A stretch of DNA of 64,000 bases, from the NCBI GenBank assembly GCA_000002435.2, contig CM018793.1. The stretch is one strand, 5' to 3'. Source of the DNA: Giardia intestinalis (lineage: Eukaryota). The position numbers and the translations under genes were made by a program. The notes beneath the pieces were generated by a model. It searched no databases. It was given only the letters and a program-made list of their open reading frames with translations, and was not told where the DNA came from. Shown piece by piece: positions 38,179 through 50,600 of this stretch. Each line of letters begins with the position of its first letter. Position 1 is the stretch's first letter.

Positions 38179-41100
38179 AAATGGCTGTAATAGGCAATGA
38201 AGACGTAGGCTTCCAACGCTAACTGAAAGGCAGCTCGTAGCGTCAGAAGCAATTTATTAACATCACGTTTCTCTCTCGTACAATTTATTCGTCCAATAAT
38301 CGGCTTTATCGATTTCTACGGTAGAACATTACCGGTGCTATTTTGATGTGTAAGTCGGTTGCAAAGAATATTGAGTTAAGCCAGATAAAGAAGAGATAAC
38401 ACGGAAGTTCAAGAGATAAATATAAGGTCTGTGGGCAATGAAGTCACATAAAGCCCAGGTAGCACAAAGACTGGTCAGTGTATTGATAGACCAAGAACCA
38501 TTATTACGATAAAGAGATCTGTTTAGATAACAAGGACACTCCTCGAGCTAGCAACAGCCCTCATGAAGGAGAGTCCAAGCCGACCCCCTAGCGGACGCGG
38601 GGCCACCTGGCCGAATGGGCCCAGACCCTCCTGGAGCGGGGGCCCGTCCAGGCCTTTGCAGCTGAAGGCAGAAGCGGGCCCGGCAACGTACCCTGCACAC
38701 AGCCGCGGTCCAGCTGTCTTCCGGGGGAGCAGGCGTGCATTTCGTTGGACCAGAAGGAGCGGAAGACGCGGAGTTGGAACAAACAGGCCGCAGGCCAAGC
38801 TCTGATAGGCACCTTTTGTAGTCAGGGATGCTGTTGGTTTCTAGTGGGGTCTGCCACGAAACAGGCAGAATCCGGCTAGACGCTGTACAAACGACGCACA
38901 AACGTCAGAGAAGGACAGCCTATGGAAGGGCGTAGATAAACCGATACCTGCATATCCGGAAAAGACTTGTCAACACACACTGAGTCTGCACCAGATACGC
39001 CCGTACAGCATAAGAAGCAGGTAGCTGCCATGGTCTGTCCATACTGATCAAGATATCTCCTAAAGTGGGATGAACAGCGAGCTCTAGCCATGATGGCCTG
39101 CTCATCTACCCGGACGGCCCCAGTCCAGTCTCTTCTTTGGCGATGTAACCATGAATTCTACAACTATTGTGTCAGGGAAGACATCTAATGAGACATGGCA
39201 AGGCAACACAGCTTGTGCTAATCTGCATGCAATGCATGTCCTGTGCTTCTAGGTCGCTAGATGAGATAAGCTCAAGCATGCATGCTCTAGCTATGTACAG
39301 ACTATGTCAATAACTTTATCGAGCAAACGATGCCAGTCAGCAGCAAATAGATACAGGCGCAGGCTATGATGTCTGGTAGATGCTGCTAATTTATGCAGAA
39401 AGGCGGAGCAAGTCACTGGCTAACAAAGTATCGTAGCACATGTCATGCTGAAAACCCGAATGTCGCTAGTCCAGGGCAGAGACGAGTCACTACAGGAGCA
39501 AGATTAATGAGCAAACATTTACGGTGATACCATTCCTCTAGTAGAATCTGCGATACACCTAACGCTAAACGAGCTAGCCAGAAATCTGATATATTTACCT
39601 TTCTGTGCTCTTCACACCTAGCGTATAACACTTACAGTATATCAGAAGTGGGTCCTATCGAAATCAAGACATTATGCTACTCGCGTACAAAGTAAGCAAC
39701 TGGAGAACTAATTGCATAGAGTATTTACTCTTTTCGATAAAGATTCAAATATGTTGGGATAACTAAGCAGCCTGGTCTATAGTAGCTTTCGCATGTGCAC
39801 GTAGCGTATAGCGTTTGGGAAACAAAGACCCGCACTTCACACGAGGCAAGCTAGAACCCGCGGGCTTAAGGCTCGAAGATGAATAGTTGACAATGCCCAT
39901 AGTCAGGCACAGAAGCTGCTATTTTGCATGTCTGCAACTGACTTCATAGGCGGAGAATGAGATATGACAGCCTAGGTAAGCGTGCCAATAATAAGTACCC
40001 CGGCATACTTTCGATTGCAATAGTCGAAGAACCCATCCAGAATTCCCTGCAACCACCAGATTAGCGTACTGGGTCGATATTATTTCAGGTAGTACTCACT
40101 TGTAAGCTATTCTAGGAAGTGACATAGCATAATAGTCTAAGGTATCCTGGACCGTGCCACGCCTTCTGAAAAACGATACTTGTGCAATTGAGAGACGAAG
40201 TATGCCAGAGGCTTTGTAACAACCCCAGAGGCGATCATCTTAAGCTAGTGCCATAGTACACTAGCATAGTGGCTCACTTGCTTTCATAGATCTTACGGCC
40301 TATAGCAAGGATGTGCAAAGAATCAATAATATTAGAATGGCAGTGCATAAGGCATGTTATATCTTTACAAAAACGTGCACCAATTAGAGAATTGAACCAG
40401 TATTACCTACCCATCATAGAATTGGAAACCGATTTAAGGAAATGCAGAATTACAGAACCATGCAATATCTTTCTCCAGCCGATGGCATAGAGTGAAAAAC
40501 AGCTCTATAGGCCAAGTACAAAATAGTTTGGCTTTATTGGGGGTTTAAAGACCCAGCGGGTCACACCAAAAAGCATAGCCCTTTAGGCCCTACTTTTCAA
40601 GCTGTCTTGGTAGTTGCATCTCTGGAAAGGCCAATTTTCTATCCACTGGTCCAGTACACGGGCGTAGACTAGCTGGCATACCTCATAAGAAAGGACTATA
40701 AAGAAAGTATCAACAGGTCTTACGATCGAAGCGTAGCATTATCTATCTTAAATGAATGTGCACAGTGATTAGCTAACCCTTTGCTGCAGTTTTAAGCCAG
40801 TCGATAGCCTGAATTCCGCTAGTGTTATGTATTATTCTTTGCGGTATGCACCAGGTGCGTTAATGTCATATAAAAGGGCACTGCATAGATTTTCTAGCAC
40901 ACCCTAAAAATGGTAGCTTGCTGGTTTACCATAAGAAGTGCAGCCTTATTGGATTTTCTATCTGAACTGTTCATACACGTTACTGAGATCGAAATCAGCA
41001 CCTTTGTATTAGAAGGGAACTTAGGTCAATAGTTCTCTGGTATCTCTGATTTAGCTACATGGTGTTGTTTCCATAGGATAAAGTATCTATTTCTGGTAGG

Positions 41101-44100
41101 AAGAGTGTGACAACCTTCCTTCTATGCCCTTTATTACCTGTTGCTTTTTGCTTAGTAATAACAGCTCCGTGGCTAGATACCCTGTAGAGTAAGCTGTGCG
41201 TACTTCATCTAGGACTTTAAGAACTAAGCACAGAGTAGTCAGACTGAGATAATATTGCAACTTATGCTATTGCCTACTCATCAGGCATGCATTGTGCACT
41301 CTCAGAACTATACAAAGAGCAGTCCAACGCACATATAAGGTTAACGTAAAAGTGCACCAGGCATGACTAATACCTTTTGAGTTGTAGTTACTCGATTATA
41401 TAGTATAACACATTATAACCAAGCACGATGTAGTAAAATCTACCATATAGAAGGGACCAGGGGCTTTTTTTCGATCTCGTCCCTCCTCTAACATCAACAA
41501 CTCTAAAGATGGGCCCAAAGATAGAGTACGTTGTTAAGCTTGCTGACAACGTGGTGATATGGATGAATACCTAGATTGTCGAACCGATCCAAGTGACTTA
41601 AGGAATAACCTAGACCACAGCTATATCCACACATCCAGAGGGAATTACACCAAACTGGAATAGACATAAGGCAAGCATGTTACTGCTGTGATTGCGAAGG
41701 TCATAAGAGTTGCATCCCTAAGTAATTAGAGAGAGGATCAGTTTTATCTTTTGATTCTTTAGGCTTCAAAGAGACATGGTGGAGTAGCACTATGCTATCT
41801 GCTGTTCTACCGTACATATAAGATGTACACTATATTTGTTACTAGCGATCTTGTTGGAATGCATAACCTTTTTATTGCCTTACATGGGCCTCAGTCTCCA
41901 TTTCCAGGTATTCCCAGGGGTATCTCGTGAGCACATTAGCAGCGATGGATAATCCTTAGCCAGTTTTCGATGTCTGTAATTCTATTATTGCTAGAAGAAA
42001 AAGAGCTATCAGATCCATACATCCACGTTGCTTTACATATTAGATCCCTCGAGCTTTTCATCAGGCTTGTCTTATGGCTCTATCTATGCTGTTTCATCTT
42101 TGAGTCTGGGAAGATCTATCTCAAAATTATCATTCTAACGGTTGCCTATCTTAAGAGGTTTATGTTTACCATATATGTAATATATATTTAGTAGCTCTTA
42201 AGATTACTGAATATCATGTTGCTAACTCTATCATTGGCAGCGATATATGCCCATCAACTAACTCATGTAACAGTAACCAGCTTCCACCATCGCGGTTGAT
42301 CTTGCAGGACTATCTCGAGAGATCACCACATCTAGTGCAAGCTTTATATGCTTCTGTGCACTCCAATGCTATCGTAGTATCTGGGATTTACTGCTAAAAA
42401 CTTCTAGGTCTAACATTGTGATGGCAATCCTGCAGTGCCATATCATAAGTCAGACAACAAGGCACAGGGGCCATGGATAAAAAGAACAAGGGTATTAACG
42501 TGCCGAGATTTATAGCAGTCCAACTCTTGTATGTTTTTGTAATCCTTTGTTAGGATCGAGTGCTTGAATAGTCTCGCAAAATAAGAAAGTGGATCGAGGC
42601 CTATTTTCATCCGTGTTCCTGTGAAGGTCTATTCCGAAGATCTTGGAGGCTTGAACGCTTCTACCACATAAAAATCTATTGTACTTATAGGTGCCTTACT
42701 AGATCACCCCAGCGACCGATACCCTCGCAATGTCCATGACTCCGGGACATACGTCTTGTAGTGATGCTAGTGCTAAGACGTCAAAATGTAAAGTTTGTCT
42801 ATACTAAGCTCTAGAAATTATGCTACCTGGAGATGCTTCCTCAGAAGCATGTTTTTCAATTCAACGTACAATTACCTTGCTTCATAGGAATACCTTACTT
42901 CATATTGGCCTTTCCCCATGGAATCAGCTCTACTAGGAAACTCTGAGCCAATACTGAATTCTGGTTATCACCCCTGCCATCCCAGCCAAATGGGTAGAAG
43001 CCTTGCCCTGATAATCCTCTATTGAGTCTACTACCGAAGTCGATGTAATCATTCATTAGAGCTTTTGAATTGGAGATTAGCTGTAATTCAGCTAACTTCC
43101 AAGGACTTGTCTTTTCTATAGAGTCAGGGATGTCTATCTCTTGTTCTGGTCTGTGAAATGCATTATTGCAGTGATTATATCTTTTTTGAGACACGCCAGG
43201 CTATAACACTTATGTATCACAGATTCTGTTGCCGGCTGATGGTGCACAATTCACGTTTTAGTGACATGTAATTATACCATGACAGGTCTGTGTGGAGCCT
43301 ACGTACTTTCACATAGCTCGCCTCATTGTGTTTACAGAACACAGGCAAGTGTACTCCCAGTGACAAACATCTCTTCCTGCACTAATCTCATCATAAAGCG
43401 ACTTGTACTAAGCTCAAGGATCATGTAAACACCTTTATGGTGTACTTGCTGCACATAATCTTAACAAGCACGTAACTAGAGTTCTTGGCCGGTAGATCTT
43501 GCATCTGCGAATATGGATTGTTTAGATTTGTACCTTTTTTGGCTCAGTACTCATTACAATACTTTACCTACTGCCAGTAATTCTATTAAATAGAACTGAG
43601 TCATGTTCAATTTATAGACAGAAAGCAAAAGCTATGCGTCAGGCGATGCGAATTGTCTGAAGCCTGATCCGCTACCGTAAGGTGATCACAGGCACTAGAC
43701 GCAGTCTTGGCTTATATTTCTTTTTTGACACATCTCTCCTACGGTGAGCAGAGCGTTCTAGCCCATCTTAATCAGGAAGAACGACACTAGAGTACAGCCG
43801 AGAATACCAACTAATCGGATTAAGAGGATGCCAGTCTATGCAGAAAATGCTGAGGAGGAAAAGCCCCCAGTAGGCAAGGGGATTAGTGGATAGTTGATAC
43901 AAGTAAGGTTGCAAGGCCACCCGTGTCGACTGAGAAGCAAAACATGACGGGAACTCGGCGTCGCGTAGTGGCACTCTTAGCTTTCCGTTTCTATTTTCGA
44001 AAGAGGCACGAAATGTTTGCTTGGAGGTTTTTGACTATATTCCACGGGGAAACTGTAAAAATCTACACCTAGCGCTAATGTGCATACTATTGTGTGAGTT

Positions 44101-44412
44101 TTATTCCCTCCCATGATAAGCGAAGCTCAAATACAAGAGCAGTACTGATGAAGCTATATACAAACGACTAGTTAAGGATCCCATAAAATATTATAACTTG
44201 CTTTTAATTTTATGTTAACAACTCTACTCCTTTAGGTCAAAGACAGACCTATGCAGTAGGCCATTCTCGACATAGCATACCTTTGTTTTCACTTTCGTTG
44301 CTTTACCTGACTTATATAAGATCAATAGTTTTATGTTTTCTTCATTGTTACTAGATTGGTTCAGAGATTAGGTTAAAGGAAAATGGCAATTAAACATGAG
44401 TTCTAGACTTTA

Positions 44413-45030
44413 ATGTTATCAGTAATCCCTTTGATATGCACGATAGTGCTAGCAAAGAACATGGCAAAGGCAACGGACTGCAACCCACCGATAGACGGCT
44501 GTAGCACGTGCACCGGCACGGGTGACGGACAGACCTGCACGGGCTGTACGGCGGGCGACCAGAAGGTCCAGCCGAACGGAAAGGGCTGCATAGCGGGATG
44601 TCCCCCCAACTCGGACGACGTAGGAGGGATCTGCACTTGCAAGAGCACGCACAAGCCGTCAGACAATGGGCAGACGTGTGTCCCGAAAACGGACTGCAAC
44701 CCACCGATAGACGGCTGTAGCACGTGCACCGGCACGGGTGACGGACAGACCTGCACGGGCTGTACGGCGGGCGACCAGAAGGTCCAGCCGAACGGAAAGG
44801 GCTGCATAGCGGGATGTCCCCCCAACTCGGACGACGTAGGAGGGATCTGCACTTGCAAGAGCACGCACAAGCCGTCAGACAATGGGCAGACGTGTGTCCC
44901 TTCTAATACCAACAAGAGTAGCGGCCTTTCTACCGGCGCCATCGCGGGCATCGCCGTGGCCGCTGTCATCGTCGTCGGGGGGCTCGTCGGCTTCCTCTGC
45001 TGGTGGTTCCTCTGCCGGGGCAAGGCGTAG
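44413..45030 (+). CDS. Variant-specific surface protein (VSP)-like, 205 aa, with 2 copies of a 72-aa Cys-rich repeat
   Basis: Signal peptide MLSVIPLICTIVLA. CxxC-rich units. Canonical VSP C-terminus ...NKSSGLSTGAIAGIAVAAVIVVGGLVGFLCWWFLCRGKA. AT-rich initiator before the ATG. Confidence 0.85.
   Translation: MLSVIPLICTIVLAKNMAKATDCNPPIDGCSTCTGTGDGQTCTGCTAGDQKVQPNGKGCIAGCPPNSDDVGGICTCKSTHKPSDNGQTCVPKTDCNPPIDGCSTCTGTGDGQTCTGCTAGDQKVQPNGKGCIAGCPPNSDDVGGICTCKSTHKPSDNGQTCVPSNTNKSSGLSTGAIAGIAVAAVIVVGGLVGFLCWWFLCRGKA
44473..44904. repeat. 2 x 216-bp tandem repeat inside left VSP
   Basis: Unit encodes TDCNPPIDGCSTCTGTGDGQTCTGCTAGDQKVQPNGKGCIAGCPPNSDDVGGICTCKSTHKPSDNGQTCVPK. Confidence 0.8.
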
Positions 45031-45044
45031 ATGCGTACTTAGGT

Positions 45045-45051
45045 AGTAAAC
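45045..45051 (+). promoter_or_regulatory. Putative poly(A) signal AGTAAAC 15 nt downstream of left VSP stop
   Basis: Matches AGTRAAY. The mirror copy is expected on the minus strand at 47668-47674. Confidence 0.4.
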
Positions 45052-45512
45052 GCGTCACTGTATATGGTTTATTACACTCTGCTGCTGGGCTAACCTGAGG
45101 ACGTTGTCCAGAGATCGTGCGGGCGATCCTGCTCAAGCTCTGACCAGTCCAGGAACGAGGGCTGGTTGCGAATAACATAACAAGAGAGTCCTCTCCAGTG
45201 ATGCATCTAGAGCCTGGGCATTCCTCGACCGCTCTACGGGGGTGTGCTCAGTCTGGGTGTGCACGTCGGCCCTTTCGGGGTTCAGGCCTTCTCGCAGACT
45301 CTCTGCTCTACCGGCGGTGACTCTCCTTGGTCTTCCTTCGTGGTGGGTGGAGCTCTGGCCGCCGTCTTTTTTAGATGCTCCCGTCTGTCAGGGGCTGCCA
45401 TCGGGGCTCTCCACTGGCCGCCCCTCGGTGTCCGTCCGGCTGTGGTTCTGGGTCAGCGCTCTACAGTCGCGGTTACCTGGGTCTCAGCGGGCCAGCTGGT
45501 GGGGAGGCGGGG

Positions 45513-47206
45513 TATGGGGCGGTGAGGCTGGAGGGGACTGGTGGGGGGTGAGGTGGGGGGTGCTTGTATGTGCCTCTGGAACCGGTGGGTCATTGCGGTG
45601 GTGGGTGATCCCCGTTCTGTTTGCTAAGGTGGCTGTGTCTGATCCCCAGCCTTCGTTGCACTCTCTGAGACAGAGGCACCGACGATCGTGTCGTGTCCCC
45701 CTGACTGAGCGCCTCCCTTGGCCCCTTATCTCAGGCAGTACTGCCTCTCTGTCTGGCTGGTGCGTGAGGGTTGAGGCAGGCCATCGCAGCCCCTCCTGTT
45801 GCTCGCTGATGCTCTGTGCGGGTCTGCTGAGCCCCTGGTATGCCCTGTCCAGTGCCTCGACGGGGGTAGTTCACCTTGGGCCAGCAGGGGCATGGATGAG
45901 CCTGTGGATGGGATGGGGTTCTCTCAGGCCTCTAGTGTGATGTTCATCGAAGACTGGCATGGTGGGGCACTGGTAACTGCACTGTCCCCGTGGCCAGCTG
46001 TGCTGCTCCTGGTGGGTCCTTGTCATGGAGCGATGTGTATCATCCGTAGGCAGGGGTGATCCTCCTTGGTCTCAAGATGCTCTACCAGCAGAGAGAAGCA
46101 CGCTGAGGGTCACCCAACATCACCTGCTGTGCCCTCGGGAGCTCCCGGTGTGATCCACCAGGACCTTGACACCTCTCATGGCTCTGATGACCCCTCGGGG
46201 AGAGTCGGGGCATCCTATACTGAGGGAGGCGTGCACCCTCCTGCATGAGCTGGGACCCACTGCACTGCCCCCAAGGAGGTCTGCTATGAGAGGCAGTGGG
46301 ATGATTGACAGCCTCAGAGTGCGGTGGAGGGTGCTGGTGGTCGTCTCTGTGATCGGGCATCACTCTGATGGTCGGCTCTGTGCCTTATGGTGCTCAGAGG
46401 CCACCTGTGCTCCATCGTCTGCTGGACAGCCGGGCCTCTTGTGTCATCCGAAGGCCTCCTCACTCCTCTGGCTGCTGCCCCCTCGGGTCATTGATAGAGG
46501 CAGTCGAGGCCAGCAGAGTCTTCGGTGAGTCGTGCCTGCCTGGGTGTCATGGAGAGGCTGGCAGCTGTCAGGGCTCTGCCACTGCTCACCTGCCTGGAGC
46601 GTGCCTCCCTTGGGTCTGCTGTAGTGTTTGAGTCCTCTGGCTTCCTATCAGGCCCTGATTGTGAGGGTGACCCCACCTGGCCCTCTGATGCCCCTGTGGA
46701 TGAGCATGGCAGCTGTCTGGCTGGGGATCTCTGGTGCCCGTGTCTGTTGCTGCCTCTCGGGTGCTCGGGTGGTTGCCTGGTACTCTCGTATGGGGGCACA
46801 TAGTCAGCGTGTCCCGAGCAGACTCCAGTCCTCTCTGGGTCCACACAGTCTGTCCGTGTGTGGATGGTCCTCCTGCACTCATGTCCATCTGTATACACTG
46901 TCACTCAGCCTCGAGAGCAGGCCAGTGCAGTCACCAGGGTTACTGTCAGAGGGAGTCGTCTGCCACTACATCGCTCGAGCAGACTCTACAGCCCAGGCTG
47001 GTTGCTGTGCACCCTCATGGCAGGGCTGCTTGACTCCCCTTGGTCATCCTCTCTGTCCCGGTGTGCACGGCTCCTGAGGGTTGTCTGGGTGGAGGCACTC
47101 ACAGACCACGAGCACACAGAGGGGTGAGTCACAAAGGGATAGCCTCCAGTCACCACAGTCACTACTCCACTGGTCCGCCAGATCCAGGGGCACATACAAC
47201 ACCGCC
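45513..47206. other. Unique 1.7-kb GC-rich central spacer of the palindrome; non-coding-looking (stop-poor in all six frames), G-tract rich at its left edge
   Basis: Arms diverge at 45512/47207. Many mutually overlapping ORFs on both strands, typical of GC-rich non-coding sequence. No recognisable protein or rRNA motifs. Confidence 0.55.
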
Positions 47207-47688
47207 CCCCGCCTCCCCACCAGCTGGCCCGCTGAGACCCAGGTAACCGCGACTGTAGAGCGCTGACCCAGAACCACAGCCGGACGGACACCGAGGGGCG
47301 GCCAGTGGAGAGCCCCGATGGCAGCCCCTGACAGACGGGAGCATCTAAAAAAGACGGCGGCCAGAGCTCCACCCACCACGAAGGAAGACCAAGGAGAGTC
47401 ACCGCCGGTAGAGCAGAGAGTCTGCGAGAAGGCCTGAACCCCGAAAGGGCCGACGTGCACACCCAGACTGAGCACACCCCCGTAGAGCGGTCGAGGAATG
47501 CCCAGGCTCTAGATGCATCACTGGAGAGGACTCTCTTGTTATGTTATTCGCAACCAGCCCTCGTTCCTGGACTGGTCAGAGCTTGAGCAGGATCGCCCGC
47601 ACGATCTCTGGACAACGTCCTCAGGTTAGCCCAGCAGCAGAGTGTAATAAACCATATACAGTGACGCGTTTACTACCTAAGTACGCAT

Positions 47689-50600
47689 CTACGCCTTGCC
47701 CCGGCAGAGGAACCACCAGCAGAGGAAGCCGACGAGCCCCCCGACGACGATGACAGCGGCCACGGCGATGCCCGCGATGGCGCCGGTAGAAAGGCCGCTA
47801 CTCTTGTTGGTATTAGAAGGGACACACGTCTGCCCATTGTCTGACGGCTTGTGCGTGCTCTTGCAAGTGCAGATCCCTCCTACGTCGTCCGAGTTGGGGG
47901 GACATCCCGCTATGCAGCCCTTTCCGTTCGGCTGGACCTTCTGGTCGCCCGCCGTACAGCCCGTGCAGGTCTGTCCGTCACCCGTGCCGGTGCACGTGCT
48001 ACAGCCGTCTATCGGTGGGTTGCAGTCCGTTTTCGGGACACACGTCTGCCCATTGTCTGACGGCTTGTGCGTGCTCTTGCAAGTGCAGATCCCTCCTACG
48101 TCGTCCGAGTTGGGGGGACATCCCGCTATGCAGCCCTTTCCGTTCGGCTGGACCTTCTGGTCGCCCGCCGTACAGCCCGTGCAGGTCTGTCCGTCACCCG
48201 TGCCGGTGCACGTGCTACAGCCGTCTATCGGTGGGTTGCAGTCCGTTTTCGGGACACACGTCTGCCCATTGTCTGACGGCTTGTGCGTGCTCTTGCAAGT
48301 GCAGATCCCTCCTACGTCGTCCGAGTTGGGGGGACATCCCGCTATGCAGCCCTTTCCGTTCGGCTGGACCTTCTGGTCGCCCGCCGTACAGCCCGTGCAG
48401 GTCTGTCCGTCACCCGTGCCGGTGCACGTGCTACAGCCGTCTATCGGTGGGTTGCAGTCCGTTTTCGGGACACACGTCTGCCCATTGTCTGACGGCTTGT
48501 GCGTGCTCTTGCAAGTGCAGATCCCTCCTACGTCGTCCGAGTTGGGGGGACATCCCGCTATGCAGCCCTTTCCGTTCGGCTGGACCTTCTGGTCGCCCGC
48601 CGTACAGCCCGTGCAGGTCTGTCCGTCACCCGTGCCGGTGCACGTGCTACAGCCGTCTATCGGTGGGTTGCAGTCCGTTTTCGGGACACACGTCTGCCCA
48701 TTGTCTGACGGCTTGTGCGTGCTCTTGCAAGTGCAGATCCCTCCTACGTCGTCCGAGTTGGGGGGACATCCCGCTATGCAGCCCTTTCCGTTCGGCTGGA
48801 CCTTCTGGTCGCCCGCCGTACAGCCCGTGCAGGTCTGTCCGTCACCCGTGCCGGTGCACGTGCTACAGCCGTCTATCGGTGGGTTGCAGTCCGTTTTCGG
48901 GACACACGTCTGCCCATTGTCTGACGGCTTGTGCGTGCTCTTGCAAGTGCAGATCCCTCCTACGTCGTCCGAGTTGGGGGGACATCCCGCTATGCAGCCC
49001 TTTCCGTTCGGCTGGACCTTCTGGTCGCCCGCCGTACAGCCCGTGCAGGTCTGTCCGTCACCCGTGCCGGTGCACGTGCTACAGCCGTCTATCGGTGGGT
49101 TGCAGTCCGTTTTCGGGACACACGTCTGCCCATTGTCTGACGGCTTGTGCGTGCTCTTGCAAGTGCAGATCCCTCCTACGTCGTCCGAGTTGGGGGGACA
49201 TCCCGCTATGCAGCCCTTTCCGTTCGGCTGGACCTTCTGGTCGCCCGCCGTACAGCCCGTGCAGGTCTGTCCGTCACCCGTGCCGGTGCACGTGCTACAG
49301 CCGTCTATCGGTGGGTTGCAGTCCGTTTTCGGGACACACGTCTGCCCATTGTCTGACGGCTTGTGCGTGCTCTTGCAAGTGCAGATCCCTCCTACGTCGT
49401 CCGAGTTGGGGGGACATCCCGCTATGCAGCCCTTTCCGTTCGGCTGGACCTTCTGGTCGCCCGCCGTACAGCCCGTGCAGGTCTGTCCGTCACCCGTGCC
49501 GGTGCACGTGCTACAGCCGTCTATCGGTGGGTTGCAGTCCGTTTTCGGGACACACGTCTGCCCATTGTCTGACGGCTTGTGCGTGCTCTTGCAAGTGCAG
49601 ATCCCTCCTACGTCGTCCGAGTTGGGGGGACATCCCGCTATGCAGCCCTTTCCGTTCGGCTGGACCTTCTGGTCGCCCGCCGTACAGCCCGTGCAGGTCT
49701 GTCCGTCACCCGTGCCGGTGCACGTGCTACAGCCGTCTATCGGTGGGTTGCAGTCCGTTTTCGGGACACACGTCTGCCCATTGTCTGACGGCTTGTGCGT
49801 GCTCTTGCAAGTGCAGATCCCTCCTACGTCGTCCGAGTTGGGGGGACATCCCGCTATGCAGCCCTTTCCGTTCGGCTGGACCTTCTGGTCGCCCGCCGTA
49901 CAGCCCGTGCAGGTCTGTCCGTCACCCGTGCCGGTGCACGTGCTACAGCCGTCTATCGGTGGGTTGCAGTCCGTTTTCGGGACACACGTCTGCCCATTGT
50001 CTGACGGCTTGTGCGTGCTCTTGCAAGTGCAGATCCCTCCTACGTCGTCCGAGTTGGGGGGACATCCCGCTATGCAGCCCTTTCCGTTCGGCTGGACCTT
50101 CTGGTCGCCCGCCGTACAGCCCGTGCAGGTCTGTCCGTCACCCGTGCCGGTGCACGTGCTACAGCCGTCTATCGGTGGGTTGCAGTCCGTTTTCGGGACA
50201 CACGTCTGCCCATTGTCTGACGGCTTGTGCGTGCTCTTGCAAGTGCAGATCCCTCCTACGTCGTCCGAGTTGGGGGGACATCCCGCTATGCAGCCCTTTC
50301 CGTTCGGCTGGACCTTCTGGTCGCCCGCCGTACAGCCCGTGCAGGTCTGTCCGTCACCCGTGCCGGTGCACGTGCTACAGCCGTCTATCGGTGGGTTGCA
50401 GTCCGTTTTCGGGACACACGTCTGCCCATTGTCTGACGGCTTGTGCGTGCTCTTGCAAGTGCAGATCCCTCCTACGTCGTCCGAGTTGGGGGGACATCCC
50501 GCTATGCAGCCCTTTCCGTTCGGCTGGACCTTCTGGTCGCCCGCCGTACAGCCCGTGCAGGTCTGTCCGTCACCCGTGCCGGTGCACGTGCTACAGCCGT

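Larger units (their letters stand above)
38572..45512. repeat. Left arm of giant inverted repeat (6941 bp); mirror of 47207..60411 except for the VSP repeat copy number
   Basis: All ORFs in this interval have identical reverse-strand counterparts. Coordinate sums are constant: 98983 distal to the VSP array, 92719 proximal. Divergence confirmed at both boundaries (outer at 38572, inner at 45512). Confidence 0.85.

Noticed and set aside
38548-39105. Overlapping 60-150-aa ORFs at the GC-rich outer ends of both arms (e.g. 60082-60537)
   Set aside because: Mutually overlapping on both strands, low-complexity (P/G/R/S-rich), several start at non-ATG codons. Most likely non-coding.
45513-47206. GC-rich central spacer considered as rDNA fragment or protein-coding
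   Set aside because: Overlapping ORFs in all frames on both strands are typical of GC-rich non-coding DNA. No rRNA-conserved motifs that I recognise. No TAGGG telomeric repeats anywhere in the window.
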